From the IMG/VR virus record IMGVR_UViG_3300049801_000015: 36,844 nucleotides of DNA; one strand, given 5' to 3'. The first letter of the stretch is position 1, and each line of letters starts with the position of its first letter. Positions 6,232 through 13,192 of this stretch are shown piece by piece. The notes below the pieces were generated by a model that searched no databases, was not told where the DNA came from, and worked only from the letters and a program-made list of their open reading frames with translations. The translations under genes were made by a program, and so were the position numbers. Source of the stretch: a virus.

Positions 6232-7061
6232 AGCCCGCCCCCGGCCTTCATCCCGACATTCCAGCGCCGGACTACCACGCATGGGAGGCGGTGTCTCAGT
6301 CGCGGCTTTGGACGATGCGGAAGTCATCCCCGGCCCATGCCCTCTACGCCATGACGCACCCGACCGAGGCGACCCCGGCCATGCTTCTGGGGCAGGCGGT
6401 CCATTGTGCCGTACTTGAGCCGGAACGGTTCGGGCGGGAGTACATCCGGGCGATCGACGGCGACGGGCGGACGGCGGCGGTCAAGGCCGCTCGCGCCGCT
6501 CAGCTTGCCGAGAACCCGCTGGCAACGCTCCTGACCTCCACCGATTTCGACAAGTGCCTCGCGATCCGCGAAGCCTGCGCCGCCAACAAGTTCGCCCGGA
6601 TGCTCTTGGACGGTGACCACGAGGCGTCGTTCGCGTGGCAGGACGAGGCGACAGGCTTGACGTGCAAGGGCCGTGCTGACGTTCTCGGCAAGAAAACCGG
6701 GAGCGTGGTGGACCTCAAGACAACGCGCTCCGCCGCCCGCAACGCCTTCGAGCGGTCCCTGTACCAGTACGGCTACCACGTCCAGGCCGCGCACTACTTG
6801 GCCGGGGTCCGCGCGTGCGGGATCGACGCCCAACACTTCGTCATCGTCGCCGTCGAGCCGTTCCCGCCCTACGCGATCGCGGTTTATCGGCTGCTCGATG
6901 CCGTGGTCGGTTGGGGCGAGGAGGAGCGGGCGCAACTGCTAGCGACCTGGGCCGCGTGCGAGGCGTCCGGCACCTGGCCCGGCTACCCTTGCGAGATTCA
7001 GGACTTGAGCCTGCCCCCGTGGGCAACCCGTGAAATCATGGAGGTGACAGGAGATGAGTGA
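6228..7061 (+). CDS. PD-(D/E)XK (RecB-family) exonuclease, RecE/exonuclease VIII-like partner of RecT
   Basis: 277 aa. GRADVLGKKTGSVVDLKTT supplies the D...D-x-K nuclease core, and YHVQAAHY supplies the RecB-family QxxxY motif. It is translationally coupled to the RecT-like gene. Confidence 0.65.
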   Translation: MKPAPGLHPDIPAPDYHAWEAVSQSRLWTMRKSSPAHALYAMTHPTEATPAMLLGQAVHCAVLEPERFGREYIRAIDGDGRTAAVKAARAAQLAENPLATLLTSTDFDKCLAIREACAANKFARMLLDGDHEASFAWQDEATGLTCKGRADVLGKKTGSVVDLKTTRSAARNAFERSLYQYGYHVQAAHYLAGVRACGIDAQHFVIVAVEPFPPYAIAVYRLLDAVVGWGEEERAQLLATWAACEASGTWPGYPCEIQDLSLPPWATREIMEVTGDE

Positions 7062-7842
7062 GAACGCTGTAACGATTCGGCCGGAGGCGCTACCAACTGC
7101 GCCCGATCCCGTCAGCGGCTTCGTCGCCACCCTTGGCGAGCGGTGGCGACTGGCCCAGATGATCGTCCAGAGCGGCATGGCCCCCAAGGGCATGAGCCCC
7201 CAGGGCGTCATGGCCGTGATGCTCCGGGCGCACGAGCTAGGCATCGGCCCGATGCAGGCGCTTTCGACCGTCTACTGGTTCGACGGGCGGTTCTGCCTCG
7301 CGGCGGCGCTGATGGACGGGCTGGCCGTGGATCGGTGCGGCGTGGTCAAGCAGCTCGTGAGCCTGACCGACGCCGGATGCTCCATGAAGTTCATGCGCGC
7401 CGGCTGGCCGGATCTGGACGTGAGCTACACGAAGGACGAGGCGGCAGCCGCCGGCCTCACCGGCAAGGACAACTGGCGCAAGAACCCCCGCGCCATGCTC
7501 CTCGCCCGTTGCACCGCGCGCGGCATCCGGCTCATCGCCCCGGACTACTTCGCCGGGACGTACAGCATCGAGGAGTTCGGATTCGACACGGACAGGACGC
7601 CTCCCCCGCCGATGGACACCACGGCAGCGGCGGGCCTGACAGCACAGCTTGAGGCGGCGGCGGGTGCCGAGAAGCCTGATGGGGATGGCGGAAAGGAAAC
7701 CTCGCCCGTCGCCGCCCAAGATCATCCCGTCAAGGGCCACAAGGACAAGGCCGGGGCAACCGTCAAGTGGACGTGTCCTTGCGGATTCGTGACCGACGAC
7801 GCCGACAAGGCGGACGCCCACCGCGACGGGCTCGACTCGTAA
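7054..7842 (+). CDS. recT: RecT-family single-strand annealing protein
   Basis: 262 aa. The N-terminal AQMIVQSGMAPKGMSPQGVMAVMLRAHELGIGPMQALSTVYWFDGR and the later WRKNPRAMLLARCTARGIRLIAPD match the conserved RecT pattern (W..xPxxMLxxRaxxxaxRxxxP). The C-terminus is low complexity and ends in WTCPCGF. Confidence 0.7.
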   Translation: MSENAVTIRPEALPTAPDPVSGFVATLGERWRLAQMIVQSGMAPKGMSPQGVMAVMLRAHELGIGPMQALSTVYWFDGRFCLAAALMDGLAVDRCGVVKQLVSLTDAGCSMKFMRAGWPDLDVSYTKDEAAAAGLTGKDNWRKNPRAMLLARCTARGIRLIAPDYFAGTYSIEEFGFDTDRTPPPPMDTTAAAGLTAQLEAAAGAEKPDGDGGKETSPVAAQDHPVKGHKDKAGATVKWTCPCGFVTDDADKADAHRDGLDS

Positions 7843-7884
7843 CCCGATTCCGGGCGGTCCCAAAACCGAAAGGAGGCGCACGAA

Positions 7885-8229
7885 ATGCATCGACATAACC
7901 GGACCATTGACGGAAGCGACCTTTTCGACGGGACCGCCCGGAGCTATTCCGGTGGCCCTCCCTGCGTGGCGCACAGCGTCACCAGCACGCTGGCCGCAGA
8001 CTCCGTGAGGCATACGAGAGAGGGCGGGCGCGCCATCTTGCTTCGCGTCCTATTGGAGTACGGCACGGACGGGTTGACGGACGAGGAGATGCAAGCCAAG
8101 ACCGGCATGAACCCGAGTACCCAGCGCCCGCGTCGGTGCGAGCTTGTCGAGATGGGCAAGGTCCGCGACTCCGGCAGCACCCGCCGCACCAAGTCCGGGC
8201 GCAAGGCCGTCGTGTGGGTGATCGCGTGA
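7885..8229 (+). CDS. Winged-helix DNA-binding protein
   Basis: 114 aa. RBS AAGGAGG. RAILLRVLLEYGTDGLTDEEMQAKTGMNPSTQRPRRCELVEMGKVRDSG..KSGRKAVVWV fits a MarR-like wHTH with a beta wing. Confidence 0.6.
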   Translation: MHRHNRTIDGSDLFDGTARSYSGGPPCVAHSVTSTLAADSVRHTREGGRAILLRVLLEYGTDGLTDEEMQAKTGMNPSTQRPRRCELVEMGKVRDSGSTRRTKSGRKAVVWVIA

Positions 8230-8315
8230 AGCTCTGCGCCGGTATCTTCTTCGCGATCCTGATTCCCGCCGCGCTCTGGTACGTCCGCGCGATCTTCGGG
8301 CGGTGGCCGAAATGA
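8226..8315 (+). CDS. 29-aa membrane micro-protein (below the ORF-track cutoff)
   Basis: GTGA overlap upstream and ATGA overlap downstream. Sequence VKLCAGIFFAILIPAALWYVRAIFGRWPK is one TM helix. Confidence 0.4.
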   Translation: MKLCAGIFFAILIPAALWYVRAIFGRWPK

Positions 8316-8923
8316 GTCTCCACTTCGCGAGTGGACACCTTGACGAAGCGCGCAACTTGGTTCTGCGCTTCCACTATTCGGCGCGTGTTCCGTCGAATAT
8401 CCAGGCGGTCTATACATGGCACGAAGACGGCGGGCTCTTTGGTGACTTGGGGCCAGCGGTTGCGGCCATCTTCTTTTCAATCCCGCCTACGCGCTGGTCC
8501 GAAGAAGTGTTGGAATTGTCGCGGTTAGTGCGGAGGCCGGGATGTAGTGAACCACTGACCGGACTAATCGCTCGGGCCGTACGAGCGTTGGATAGGAAAT
8601 GGGACTTGCTAGTTTCCTTCGCAGACTTCACGCAGTCCCATCACGGCGGCATTTATCAGGCTGCATCATGGTGCTTTGACGGCAAGCGGGAACGGCGCAT
8701 GGATGGCGTGTTTGTGCTTGGGTCATTCGTCCCTGGACGTTCTGCCAATTCCGCGTGGGGAACGAGTTCCCCACGCCTACTTGCGGAACGCGGCGTCGAT
8801 GCTACGCCACACTATGACGAAGGAAAGTTTCTCTACTGGCGCTCCCGCTCCCGATCTGGCAAAGCCAAGGCCGAACGCCTGGGGCTCAAGTCTCTACCCT
8901 ATCCTAAGCCGGGGCCGAAATGA
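8312..8923 (+). CDS. Mom-like / GNAT-fold protein, DNA-modification (adenine methylcarbamoylation family) candidate
   Basis: 203 aa. The pattern FHYSARVP..., LELSRLV, LLVSFADFTQSHHGGIYQAASW recalls the acyltransferase-fold family that contains phage Mu Mom: an HY dyad, and an Asp followed by a Tyr 10 residues later. By eye, roughly a third of codons end in A/T, against very few in the capsid gene. The assignment is from memory of the family pattern, not a search. Confidence 0.45.
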   Translation: MSLHFASGHLDEARNLVLRFHYSARVPSNIQAVYTWHEDGGLFGDLGPAVAAIFFSIPPTRWSEEVLELSRLVRRPGCSEPLTGLIARAVRALDRKWDLLVSFADFTQSHHGGIYQAASWCFDGKRERRMDGVFVLGSFVPGRSANSAWGTSSPRLLAERGVDATPHYDEGKFLYWRSRSRSGKAKAERLGLKSLPYPKPGPK

Positions 8924-8925
8924 GG

Positions 8926-8955
8926 TTGACAGGATCGGGGGGAGTGTGCTTTGAT
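8926..8955 (+). promoter_or_regulatory. Sigma70-like promoter candidate (TTGACA-18 nt-TTTGAT) for the replication block
   Basis: A consensus -35 TTGACA lies at 8926-8931, 3 nt after the upstream stop. TTTGAT lies at 8950-8955. This is within the 144-nt gap before the replication gene. Confidence 0.4.
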
Positions 8956-8960
8956 CCTCA

Positions 8961-9041
8961 TGCAATGAACCGTACTACCCTGGCTTGCCAAAGGCTCACT
9001 CTCGGGACGCGCGGAATCTGTCCTCCAGACGGTTCATTGCA
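8961..9041. repeat. Perfect 13-bp inverted repeat (TGCAATGAACCGT / ACGGTTCATTGCA) enclosing an iteron-like copy
   Basis: The arms are at 8961-8973 and 9029-9041, separated by 55 nt. The spacer contains GGCTTGCCAA (8982-8991), the same core as the tandem repeats at 9523-9560. Confidence 0.8.
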
Positions 9042-9067
9042 CGCGCCCTCGGGGGTGAGCCTTTCGC

Positions 9068-10015
9068 TTGCCCGGGAGTCGCGCCTTGCGTAACTTCTCC
9101 ATCGTCCGCCCCGCCCTTTGGTCCGGTGGAACCGGGCGCATCCTCCGCGCCTCCGGCCCGGAAGCCCAGCTCGTCGCCGCCTACCTCATCACGAATCAGC
9201 ACGCCAACATGATCGGCCTCTACTACCTGCCCCTTGGGTACATGACCGTCGATCTGGCAAGCCCTCCCGAAGCCCTCCGCAAGGGCTTGGCCGGGTGCGT
9301 CGATGCAGGGTTCTGCCGGTACGATGATCCAACCGGGTACATTTGGGTGGTCAACATGGCCCGAGAGCAAGTCATGGACGAAAAGGGCGTGGTCCACCTC
9401 GGGGACAACCGGGTCCGGGCGGCTGTAAAGATGTTTGAGGCCAGCCCTAAGACGCCATTCCACAAGGCTTTCGCCCTACTCTATGGCCCCATGTTCGGGG
9501 CTCAATGGACCATCACAGATGGAAGGGCTTGCCAAGGGCTTGCCAAGGGCTTGCCAAGGGGTGTAGCGAGGTCTCCCTCTGATACGGATGCTGATGCTGA
9601 TTCGGATACGGACCAGAACAAGGATGGAAAGGCAAAGACTTGTTCGCGCAAGCGCGAACGTGGTGGGTATGCCGAGCCGTTCCTAGCGTTCTGGCAGGCC
9701 TACCCCCGGAAGACCGCCAAGGGCGCAGCAGCCAAAGCATGGGACAAGGCTCGTCCGCCCCTACCGGATGTCCTCAAGGCGCTCGACTGGCAGTGCACCT
9801 CGGAACAGTGGACCAAGGACGGGGGGCAGTTCATCCCGCTCCCGGCGACCTACCTGAATCAGCGCCGCTGGGAGGACGAGCCCCAGGCGCCGGCCGCGCC
9901 GGCCGAGCATCCCGCCATGAAGGTTCTGCGCCAGTCCATCGAGCGGGGCCGCGCCCGTGACGGCATGACCGGGCGGGACGTTACCCCCGACGAAATCAAG
10001 GGGCTGTTGAAATGA
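9068..10015 (+). CDS. Replisome organizer / replication initiator (lambda O or SPP1 G38P-like role)
   Basis: 315 aa. The N-terminal FSIVRPALWSG...AQLVAAYLITNQHANMIGLYYLPLGYMTVDL resembles phage replisome-organizer N-terminal domains. An acidic linker SDTDADADSDTD follows. The C-terminal FLAFWQAYPRKTAKGAAAKAWDKA...FIPLPATYLNQRRWEDE is a motif common in phage replication proteins. The TTG start at 9068 is uncertain. Confidence 0.6.
   Translation: MPGSRALRNFSIVRPALWSGGTGRILRASGPEAQLVAAYLITNQHANMIGLYYLPLGYMTVDLASPPEALRKGLAGCVDAGFCRYDDPTGYIWVVNMAREQVMDEKGVVHLGDNRVRAAVKMFEASPKTPFHKAFALLYGPMFGAQWTITDGRACQGLAKGLPRGVARSPSDTDADADSDTDQNKDGKAKTCSRKRERGGYAEPFLAFWQAYPRKTAKGAAAKAWDKARPPLPDVLKALDWQCTSEQWTKDGGQFIPLPATYLNQRRWEDEPQAPAAPAEHPAMKVLRQSIERGRARDGMTGRDVTPDEIKGLLK
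9523..9560. repeat. 3.5 tandem copies of an 11-bp iteron (AAGGGCTTGCC) inside the replication gene, putative origin
   Basis: Perfect copies lie at 9523-9533, 9534-9544 and 9545-9555, with a partial copy at 9556-9560. The same core recurs at 8982-8991, inverted at 9255-9264 (TGGCAAGCCC), and in degenerate form at 9281-9292. A relatively A/T-richer stretch and the palindrome TTCGCGCAAGCGCGAA (9643-9658) follow. Confidence 0.85.
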
Positions 10016-10560
10016 CACACGAAGAAGCGATCAAGATGGTTCTGACCAAGTGCGCCCTGGGCTACCCCAACTTCGTGCCGACCGAGGGGATTCTGGACGA
10101 GTACGCGGAGGAGTTCGCGGAAACCAACGTTCACGACTTCGCCGTAGCGCTCAAGGCCGCGCGCACCCGCTCCCGGTTCTTCCCCACCATCGCGGACGTG
10201 TGGAAGGAGCTTGGCGCAACCGAACCGAAGCCAAACGCGGGGGAGGGTAGCGCGCACCGCGCCGAGTACATCGCGCAAGATGCGATTGAATCCAGGCGCC
10301 TGCTCGGCGGGCCGGTATCGACCGGAGCGGGCTCGCCGGGCTTCACGCCCGAAGTCCGCGCCGCGCTCGATGCTCTGTACGAGAAGGGCGAACGACTCAA
10401 GGAGGGCAAGGTCGGCGGCAAGTATCGCACGACGCCAGAGGAGCGCGAGGTGATCGAGCTACGGCACAAGATGATCACGGCACAGCTTGAGGACATGGCG
10501 CGGTATGACAGCGACACCGCGAAGGCGAACGCGGCGAAGCTCATGGAGGACATGAAGTGA
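10012..10560 (+). CDS. G39P-like replicative helicase loader candidate
   Basis: 182 aa. EEAIKMVLTKCALGYPNFVPTEGILDEYAEEFAETNVHDFAVALKAARTRSRFFPTIADVWKEL follows the SPP1 G39P-type loader pattern (aaYPxF...W..., then fPsIAei). It lies directly after the organizer gene with an ATGA overlap. No phage helicase gene is present. Confidence 0.55.
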   Translation: MTHEEAIKMVLTKCALGYPNFVPTEGILDEYAEEFAETNVHDFAVALKAARTRSRFFPTIADVWKELGATEPKPNAGEGSAHRAEYIAQDAIESRRLLGGPVSTGAGSPGFTPEVRAALDALYEKGERLKEGKVGGKYRTTPEEREVIELRHKMITAQLEDMARYDSDTAKANAAKLMEDMK

Positions 10561-10585
10561 GAGAAGCCGAAACCCTGGAGGTGAA

Positions 10586-10900
10586 ATGAGCGAGAGCAAG
10601 CCCGCGCCGTGGAAGTGTCCGGCATGCGGTGGATCTGGGTTTACCGAAATCTACGATGGATTCGACAGACACGATGTAGCGATCACACATGACGAACCGT
10701 GCCGACTGTGTGACGCGTACAACGCAGGGAGACGCGCCGCGTTCGAGGAGATGCGTGATCGAATTGCCGAGGAGCATGACGACATGTGCGATCACGATGT
10801 TTCGACCTGCGACTCGTTGGTCTGTGAGATATGCGCGCAGCTTGGCCTGATAGTGGCGCTGGAAGCGTTCATAGGAGCCAAGATGGTGGAGGCAAAATGA
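10586..10900 (+). CDS. Small Cys-rich protein with a DnaJ-type CxxCxGxG zinc-finger motif (paralog family B)
   Basis: 104 aa. KPAPWKCPACGGSGF, CRLC and RRAAFEE are shared with CDS 13189..13437 (KPWGECRVCRGLG...ARRAAFEE) and CDS 13664..13960. Confidence 0.65.
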   Translation: MSESKPAPWKCPACGGSGFTEIYDGFDRHDVAITHDEPCRLCDAYNAGRRAAFEEMRDRIAEEHDDMCDHDVSTCDSLVCEICAQLGLIVALEAFIGAKMVEAK

Positions 10901-11190
10901 GCGAGAAGCCGACGCCGGGACCGTGGAAGATTGTTGGGGAGAACATCCGCAATACGAAGGGCGAATGGATAGCAGATCACGGCGGGCTATCAGATGACCC
11001 CGACGCCGCCTTGATCGTCTCCGCCGTCAACGCCTGCTTCGCCGTCAACCGCGACAACCCGATCAAGGTTGCGGAGGCGTGGCCGGAAGCGATCGCGTGG
11101 ATGCGTGAAGTGGTTGAGCGCGGCGCGGACTGCGAGGAACACTGGCGCTCGGGCCAGCGCATCCTCTCCGCGATGGAGGTGAAGCCGTGA
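10897..11190 (+). CDS. Hypothetical TPGPW-motif protein (paralog family C)
   Basis: ATGA-coupled start. KPTPGPWKI...DAALIVSAVNACF parallels CDS 13957..14349 (KPTPGPWRL...ANAALIVAAVNPCF). The two genes share the 19-nt string ccgacgccgggaccgtgga. Confidence 0.65.
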   Translation: MSEKPTPGPWKIVGENIRNTKGEWIADHGGLSDDPDAALIVSAVNACFAVNRDNPIKVAEAWPEAIAWMREVVERGADCEEHWRSGQRILSAMEVKP

Positions 11191-11396
11191 AGGATGAGGA
11201 GATTGCTGCAAAGGTGGTATTACAGATTGCGAGCAAGTGCGGGAACGACATGCTGCTATCGGCGCCGGTGTACGACGGGGTGCGTGAAGCCATCGCCCTC
11301 ACCCGCGAGGACTGCGCGAAGATCGCGGAAGAGTGGGCCGACACACGCGGCACATCTGAGGCGATTGCCGCCGCCATCCGCGAGCGTGGCAAGTGA
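11187..11396 (+). CDS. Hypothetical protein (paralog family D, VKDEEI N-terminus)
   Basis: GTGA-coupled start. The first 18 nt (gtgaaggatgaggagatt) are identical to the start of CDS 14512..14781, and the C-terminal ..IRERGK parallels ..ISERGKP. Confidence 0.6.
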   Translation: MKDEEIAAKVVLQIASKCGNDMLLSAPVYDGVREAIALTREDCAKIAEEWADTRGTSEAIAAAIRERGK

Positions 11397-11608
11397 GACG
11401 CGGCGACTGGTTCGCTATGTGGCTAGGGTTCACCGTCACGATAGCGACCCTGGGCACAGTGAAGATCACAAACCAACTCAAGGCCAATGCCGCCGCCGTC
11501 CTCACCCAAGCCGCCGCGCTCAACCGCCTCGCCGCAGCACAGGAAGCCGACACCGAACTAACCCGGCGCTACTACCACGCGCTGGAAGACGCAGAGGGGG
11601 AACGATGA
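11393..11608 (+). CDS. Small membrane-anchored coiled-coil protein
   Basis: 71 aa. GTGA-coupled start. The N-terminal TM helix is WFAMWLGFTVTIATLGTV, followed by an Ala-rich helix. Confidence 0.55.
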   Translation: MRRGDWFAMWLGFTVTIATLGTVKITNQLKANAAAVLTQAAALNRLAAAQEADTELTRRYYHALEDAEGER

Positions 11609-11916
11609 GCGATCAAGTGGTTCGTACACGCGAAGAGATCGAGCGCGAAGTGCAACGCGAACTCGACCGCATGAAGGCACAGGCCAAAGCCGAGAACGAA
11701 GACTGGTTGCGCGAAGCCGAGCGCCGCGCGGTAGGCCGCTACCAGCTCGCAAGCCAACCCGTCGTGATGACGAAGGACGGCCCGGTGCAATTCGCTACCG
11801 CGCTCGTTTTCGACACGACAACCGGGACGCTCGCGCATGTGCCGATCCCGGCGCCAGAGGAGCCGAAGATCAGGCCCGCGAAGATCCTCGACCTGCCGAG
11901 CGGGAGGGTGTCGTGA
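11605..11916 (+). CDS. Hypothetical protein with a charged helical N-terminus
   Basis: 103 aa from the ATGA-coupled ATG 11605 (REEIEREVQRELDRMKAQAKAENEDW...). The longer track ORF from 11194 overlaps two better-supported genes and is Arg/Pro/Ser-rich. Confidence 0.6.
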   Translation: MSDQVVRTREEIEREVQRELDRMKAQAKAENEDWLREAERRAVGRYQLASQPVVMTKDGPVQFATALVFDTTTGTLAHVPIPAPEEPKIRPAKILDLPSGRVS

Positions 11917-12215
11917 GCAACGCGCCTATCTTCATCCCGATGCCGTATGAGACCACGCCCGACGTTTGCCCCAAATGCGGAAAGGGCGAGGATGCTCGGG
12001 TTGTGTGCCACCACTGTGGATACGAGTACCCCGAAGACGACATGAGCCTGACCGGTCCAGAGAAGGCCGTGGTGGCCATCATAATCGTCGTCGTGATTTG
12101 GGTTGTACTCACGCTCATCGGCTGGCTAGCCGTGACGATGGCAGATGACGGCGGCACGCTGATGGATGTACTGCGCGGACAGGTGGAGTTCATGAAGCGG
12201 TGGAGGATCAAGTGA
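11913..12215 (+). CDS. Zinc-ribbon plus TM-helix membrane protein
   Basis: 100 aa. CPKCG...CHHCG forms a zinc ribbon, followed by the TM helix AVVAIIIVVVIWVVLTLIGWLAV. GTGA-coupled start. Confidence 0.6.
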   Translation: MSNAPIFIPMPYETTPDVCPKCGKGEDARVVCHHCGYEYPEDDMSLTGPEKAVVAIIIVVVIWVVLTLIGWLAVTMADDGGTLMDVLRGQVEFMKRWRIK

Positions 12216-12559
12216 TCCTCACCATCCCCCGCGCGCTCCCGTCGTGGAATCAGTTCTACGCCGGGGTCCATTGGGCGCAACGGCGCAAGCTCGCCACGCT
12301 CTGGCACGCGCTTGTCGCCGAGCAAGTGCGCGCGGCGGGCAAGTTCCCGGCGTTCGCGAAGCCGGTCAACATCATCGTGACGCGCTACGGCTCTCCGGCA
12401 ATCGACCCGGACAACATCTGCGCGAAGCTCGCTATCGACGGACTCGTGCGCTCGCGCGTGCTGTGGGATGACGGGCCGATGTACGTTGACGGGGTGACGC
12501 TGTACTCGCGCGTGTCGAAGTCGCGCTTCACGCAGATCGAAGTGAGGGAGGTTCAGTGA
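12212..12559 (+). CDS. rusA: RusA-family Holliday junction resolvase
   Basis: LTIPRALPSWNQFY, AIDPDNICAKLAIDGLVRSRVLWDDGPMYV and TQIEVRE align with E. coli RusA ([47 protein letters not shown]). I chose the GTG at 12212 (GTGA overlap, GGAGG 5 nt upstream). The ORF opens at 12200. Confidence 0.8.
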   Translation: MILTIPRALPSWNQFYAGVHWAQRRKLATLWHALVAEQVRAAGKFPAFAKPVNIIVTRYGSPAIDPDNICAKLAIDGLVRSRVLWDDGPMYVDGVTLYSRVSKSRFTQIEVREVQ

Positions 12560-12563
12560 TTTC

Positions 12564-12633
12564 GCCCGCCCGCGAACCCAACTTACAAACGGTAAGTCGT
12601 GGGGAGGAAAGACGCGCGGGCGGGCTTCTCTTG
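12564..12633 (+). terminator. Long GC-rich hairpin followed by TTCTCTT (terminator or structured RNA candidate)
   Basis: An 11-bp perfect stem pairs GCCCGCCCGCG (12564-12574) with CGCGGGCGGGC (12615-12625). It encloses an inner hairpin ACTTAC-aaacg-GTAAGT (12581-12597) and is followed by ttctctt. The enclosed region is unusually large for an intrinsic terminator. Confidence 0.4.
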
Positions 12634-12701
12634 CGGGGGCGGCAAAGCGCCGCGCTTGGGGTAAGCACCAAGCAACCCCGCGATCTTGAGCAGGAGGTGA
12701 G

Positions 12702-12971
12702 ATGAGCGAGAAACGAAACGACGGCGGGCCCGCGTTCCCGGCAACCCGCTATGACAGTCAGGAGATCAAGGGCGAGGGCGGTGAGGTCACGGTCACATTC
12801 GGCGGCATCGAGTACCCCGGCATGACCCTCCGCGACTACTTCGCGGCGAAGGCTACGGATAATGACGTGTCGCGCTGGATTCGCATCATGGGCGAAAACG
12901 GAATGCCGGTCTCGCGTGAGGCGGCCAAGTGGTTGTACGCCGATGAGATGTTGAGGGAGCGTGACCGATGA
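12702..12971 (+). CDS. Hypothetical GGPAFP-motif phage protein
   Basis: 89 aa. Perfect RBS AGGAGG 4 nt upstream. GGPAFP...GMTLRDYFAAKA is a motif pair I recognise from many phage proteins of unknown function. Confidence 0.65.
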   Translation: MSEKRNDGGPAFPATRYDSQEIKGEGGEVTVTFGGIEYPGMTLRDYFAAKATDNDVSRWIRIMGENGMPVSREAAKWLYADEMLRERDR

Positions 12972-13192
12972 GCGACAAACCGCCGAAGCCGACGGATGGA
13001 GATGTTGAATTGGCCCGCGTCCATGATGGCGCTTTCAACAACCCGCCGTGCTCAGACGCCGTATGCGCCGTCCGCCGCCGCGCCGAGTGGGAGAACAAGA
13101 TCATGCGGGAGGCGATTAACGAGACGCTGTTGAGGCGTGACCATGAGGCTCCAGCCATTCTGCGCGCTACCCTAGAGGAGATCGACCGATGA
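12968..13192 (+). CDS. Hypothetical protein, paralog family A copy 1
   Basis: 74 aa. CAVRRRAEWENKIMREA...LEEIDR parallels CDS 13434..13667. There is a 47-nt exact identity between 13068-13114 and 13543-13589. Confidence 0.65.
   Translation: MSDKPPKPTDGDVELARVHDGAFNNPPCSDAVCAVRRRAEWENKIMREAINETLLRRDHEAPAILRATLEEIDR

Noticed and set aside
8985-9212. 75-aa + strand ORF spanning the replication-gene leader.
   Set aside because: It has a TTG start inside the iteron-like element and a Ser/Pro/Ala/Arg-rich product. It overlaps the start of the replisome-organizer gene in another frame, and it has no RBS.
9523-9560. Tandem 11-bp repeats, considered as a CRISPR array or sequencing artefact.
   Set aside because: The repeats are contiguous with no spacers and are far shorter than CRISPR repeats. 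They are in frame within a gene (encoding QGLAKGLPRG-like residues), and dispersed copies of the same core lie nearby. Iterons are the better explanation.
12633-12681. Cloverleaf-like three-way junction, considered as a tRNA.
   Set aside because: It is only about 49 nt. It has no T-arm or TPsiC-like loop, its anticodon-like loop is 8 nt, and its acceptor stem is 6 bp. I found no tRNA-like sequence anywhere else in the window.
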